A stretch of DNA of 64,000 bases. It comes from Octopus vulgaris (Eukaryota). This document shows positions 60,436 to 64,000 of this stretch, one piece after another (positions within the stretch are counted from its first letter, which is position 1; each line of letters starts with the position of its first letter). The stretch covers positions 81,406,001 through 81,470,000 of the forward strand of contig OX597826.1 of NCBI GenBank assembly GCA_951406725.2. Direction: 5' to 3'. The notes under the pieces were generated by a model that searched no databases, was not told the origin of the DNA, and saw only the letters and a program-made list of their open reading frames with translations. Both the position numbers and the translations under genes were made by a program.

Positions 60436-61229
60436 CACACACACACACACACACACGTCAAATGCATGAACACATGTATTTAAATATATACTTGTGCATA
60501 CCCTCAATAAGAAAAGGAAAGGTAGGGGGAACGTACCCTGATTAGAGGTGGCAGTGGGGTAGGAGGAGTGTAAAGCCTGAAGAAAATACAGGGACTTCTG
60601 TTGCTCTCTCCAGTCAAGTTGTTGGTGTTGTTGTTGTTACTTTTCATCCTGTGTTTGTCTTTACTGGGTTTTTTTATTTATGTTTGCCCTTGTGGCCAAT
60701 AAACCAGAATTTATTATTATTATTATTATTATTAACATTGTTGAGACATTTCCCTTAACATGGCTCTATTTTTGCATTTAAAACATCATTACTTAATTAG
60801 ATAATGAAATATGTATATATTATGAACTAGTATTGTCTGTTAACCAAAATACAAAAAATTTAATTATAAGTAATTATAAGTAATGAGGGAGACAGCAAGA
60901 ACACTGAGCAATTTTGTTACATATTGAACAGAAAAGCAATCAAAATAATGTCTGTTTCAAGAGTAAAACAGTTGACTTCTGTACTCCAGTTGGGGCTTCA
61001 GAATGCCATAATAAAATAACAAGAAAAGCCTCCACATGACCAACACTGGAAAAGTGCTGGACAAATTGAAAATAGACAAAAAAAAAAAAAAAAAACCTCC
61101 CAGTACTGGCTGAGAAATGCAGGGCTCAAAACTTGATTGTGACACAAGGCCAGAGCCTTCCTACGAGAAACCTTGCAAAATATACAATGAAGCAGAAACA
61201 GTATATAGAGGTGAGATTATCTCTGGCTG

Positions 61230-61800
61230 TCTAGTTTTAGTTAAGAATGAATACATCCATGGATATACACTTACATACATCAGTGTTATGCCATCACTAT
61301 GAAGTACCAAGAGATAAGAAATGGTTATAAATATATACCAGAACAGTTTCGGAAAACAGTGAAGCGACCATACTTTGGTCTATACACACTGACAAGGAAA
61401 TCAAAATTAACTGACCAGATATTGTTGCCAAAGACCACCAAGAACAGAAATGCCTCCTAGTTGACGTCCCAACAAATAAGATATATCTAAATAATTTGAA
61501 AATATCAATAGCGCAAATGTGGGTCCTGAAAACCAGAAACAATCCCTGTAATAATATTTGAAGTTTGGAAATGATCAAAAAACATGCAAACAAATACAAA
61601 ATCTTATGATTTTCTCTCCTGCTTAACATACAGAAAATAGCATTGTTAGGTAGCAGAAATATAATATGTAGGATACTGCCAATACAGTAAAAATAACAAA
61701 ACACTGTCCGTACCCAGAGCTGCACTCAGCAGTGCAGTGAAAACATGCAATAAAACAAACAACTGAATAATAATACTAATAACAATAATAATATTAATAA
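61230..61800 (+). mobile_element. Degenerate Dong/R4-clade (restriction-like endonuclease) LINE 3' end with (TAA)n tail
   Basis: Frameshifted KWY.Y.PE, ATILW, IHTDKEIK.N.PDIV.KD, KCLLVD, MWVLKT, TIPVII and IQKIALLG pattern, recognised from memory. Confidence 0.65.
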
Positions 61801-62174
61801 TCGTTTCTACAATCAGCACAAAGCCTGGAATTTTGGGTTAGGGGCTAATTGATTACATTGACCCGAGTGGTCGACTGGTACTTTTTTTATTGACCCTAAA
61901 AGTATATAAAGCCAAGCTGGCTTCAGCAGAATTTAAACTCAGAACGTCAAGACAGATAAATATCACCAAGCATTTTTGCCCGGTGAGCAAATGATTTTCT
62001 GCCAGTTTGCTTCGTTAATAGCAGCAATAATAACAGAGTAATAATGATAATACATAACCACAATGCAATGGAATTATAAGGGGTTTTGTATATGGAAACG
62101 CAACGGGAGGGAGAACAAGTAATATGTATTTACTTTTTTTGATTACTTTTCAATTTTTTTTTTTTACTTTTCAG

Positions 62175-62268
62175 AATTACTGCACTTTGTGGGAAATATG
62201 ATGAAGGAGAATTCAATGTTGATTCCGCTTGGCCATATTTGGTTTTCATTAACAATGCTTCTCAAGTT
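62175..62268 (+). CDS. TMEM184C: TMEM184C coding exon 5 (the gene continues beyond the window)
   Basis: ITALCGKYDEGEFNVDSAWPYLVFINNASQV; ttttcag acceptor, GTAAGT donor. Confidence 0.93.
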
Positions 62269-62425
62269 GTAAGTACATCAATGGAGATTCAGAATATGTT
62301 TTTAAATCTTCAATGGGGAGAACATATCACTGCCAAAGACTTCAGCTTTTTTTTTTATATATGATTTATGATTTCGTTTTTGGATTTGGTTTGCAAGATT
62401 CTTTATATGAGTTCGTGTGTTGAAG

Positions 62426-62663
62426 CATATTCTGTTGTGTCTGGAGAGAGTCATTTTCTTTTTGTGCCTTATTATGTAACACACTCACCAGTAAAATTTC
62501 CATTTATTTCTTATTTTCATTTTTCTAAAATTTTCGTTTTGTCTTGCAATCTTTTCAATAAGGACAATAAAAATAAGAAAAAAAAAAGTGGAAATTTTAC
62601 AGGTGAGTCTTAAATAATAAGGCACAAAAAGAAAATGACTCTCCCCAGACACAACAGACTATG
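62426..62663. repeat. Palindromic MITE-like element with ~95-bp arms, ~157 nt downstream of TMEM184C exon 5
   Basis: tctgttgtgtctggagagagtcattttctttttgtgccttatta / taataaggcacaaaaagaaaatgactctccccagacacaacaga. Confidence 0.9.
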
Positions 62664-62779
62664 ATTTAGTTTACAGTAGATATTGAATTGGTTTCAATAA
62701 TAAGTGCACCCATTGTTGATTGAACAGAACTCATTAATGTATAAATGACCGAGTATTCCATTGACATATTTATGTTCGT

Positions 62780-63689
62780 TGAAGGTGTTTTTCACATTGT
62801 CATTGGCATCAAGTGTAGGTGCGTAAGCAGAGATCAGTGTCATAAAGGTGGAAGCAGAGGTTGGTATTTGGAGAGTCACAAGCCATTCATTGATGGTAGA
62901 AGGTTTCAGATGGTGTTCCTTCAAATGCTTGGATTTTACAGCAAAAGCAACTCCGTGAATTATGCTCTCTCCTTTTTTCCCTTTCCAGAACAAGATGTAA
63001 TCCAAACCTATCTCTTCAGTCTTTCTTTCCCCAGATGGCCGTCTTTCACTGAGGGCAGCAATGTTGATGTTAAATCTTGCCAGTTCTTTGCAGACAAGAG
63101 CTGTTCTACAGTCTGGTCCCTCTCTCTGTCTTGAGGATTGAGGAGCATGTTCCAACGGTTGATTTAATTTCTGTTGTTCAACTGCTTGAATGGGTGTCCT
63201 GCTGGATGTGGCTTACCATCCAGGATTCTGTGGTAACATCTGATGTTTAGACCACCTTTCTGGGCCCTTCCTCATTCAGGGTGCGCAACAGTGTTCCCAA
63301 ATAGGTCTGCCCAGTCGCAGATGTTGAACCGAGTCCCTGGGTTGTCACCAGGTCCCAGGAAGGTGACCATCTTGCATCTACCACCAACATGCGGGTTTGG
63401 ACCAAGGGCTCCCACCATCCTTACCCCATCGCTGTTGGGCTTTTGTAGAGAAAAAAAAAGAAGGAAGAGTTGGATCAAAAGGAAGCCAGCCAATAGCATG
63501 AGTTTGTTTTAGGCGGAGATCTCCTTGCCAAGGGCTCCCCATGCACCATGGCCCCAAAATTCTTCTGTTGTGGCACTACATAGAGTGACATGCAAGGTCC
63601 AGAAGATGGATTGCAACGGAATGCCGCTAGCTCCAATGTTATTAGAATCATGCCTTTCTCGCCAGTCCGTCTGGCATCACCCTCTTCCA
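62780..63689 (-). mobile_element. 5' fragment (probable 5'UTR plus APE N-terminus) of a BovB-like RTE LINE
   Basis: RTALVCKELARFNINIAALSE, YILFWKG, HGVAFAVK, TLISAYAPTL. The UTR boundary is uncertain. Confidence 0.75.
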
Positions 63690-64000
63690 CTAGGATCAGT
63701 CGTTGAGTTTGGAAACTCCAAACTCGACGATTAATTAGAAATAAGTTTATATTAAAACGTTAAATTTATTATCTCAAAAACAAACAACTAGTTAAATATT
63801 TTTATGGTCATATATTAAGATTTTTTTCTTTTGCTTACTTACCATAGAAATTTGGCAGTCATAGTCTCTTTTTAAATTTGTGTGTACAAATTGATACAAT
63901 AATAAACATTATTGTCTTGGAGGAATTGGATCTAAATTAACGTTTAAATTTTTAATTAATTCAAAACTGTGCTGTTCTTACTCTTTTTGAATCAGTGACT
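63690..64000 (-). mobile_element. Probable Helitron 3' terminus (element extends beyond the window)
   Basis: Minus strand: 14-bp hairpin tcgtcgagtttgga-gtt-tccaaactcaacga, 6 nt, then CTAG followed by T. Confidence 0.6.

Overview
AT-rich animal genomic DNA, very probably an octopus (coleoid cephalopod). This is inferred from the tandem C2H2 zinc-finger genes without effector domains, the RTE LINEs with (GAT)n tails, the tRNA-derived SINEs and the (TA)n/(CAT)n microsatellites. Left half (1-34.4 kb): a cluster of three paralogous poly-C2H2 zinc-finger genes, each with a non-coding first exon and a single coding exon. ZNF-A (7171-8370, +) and ZNF-B (17833-19026, +) lie in a ~10.7-kb tandem duplication whose promoter/intron block is almost identical while the finger arrays have diverged strongly. 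ZNF-C (30553-31572, -) is an inverted third paralogue. Each tandem unit also carries, head-to-head with the ZNF promoter, a 5'-truncated RTE LINE whose open RT frame contains an embedded C4HC3 PHD-type finger. Right half (39.2-64 kb): coding exons 1-5 of a TMEM184C orthologue with TE-filled introns, including an intact 1046-aa APE+RT RTE ORF. Also present: a Gypsy relic with its LTR; CR1, Dong/R4, mariner, hAT, Merlin-like and Helitron fragments; Penelope-type hammerhead motifs; long intronic hairpins; a 28S rRNA fragment; and an unexplained orphan exon. All calls were made by eye, so repeat boundaries are approximate (roughly 10-30 bp).
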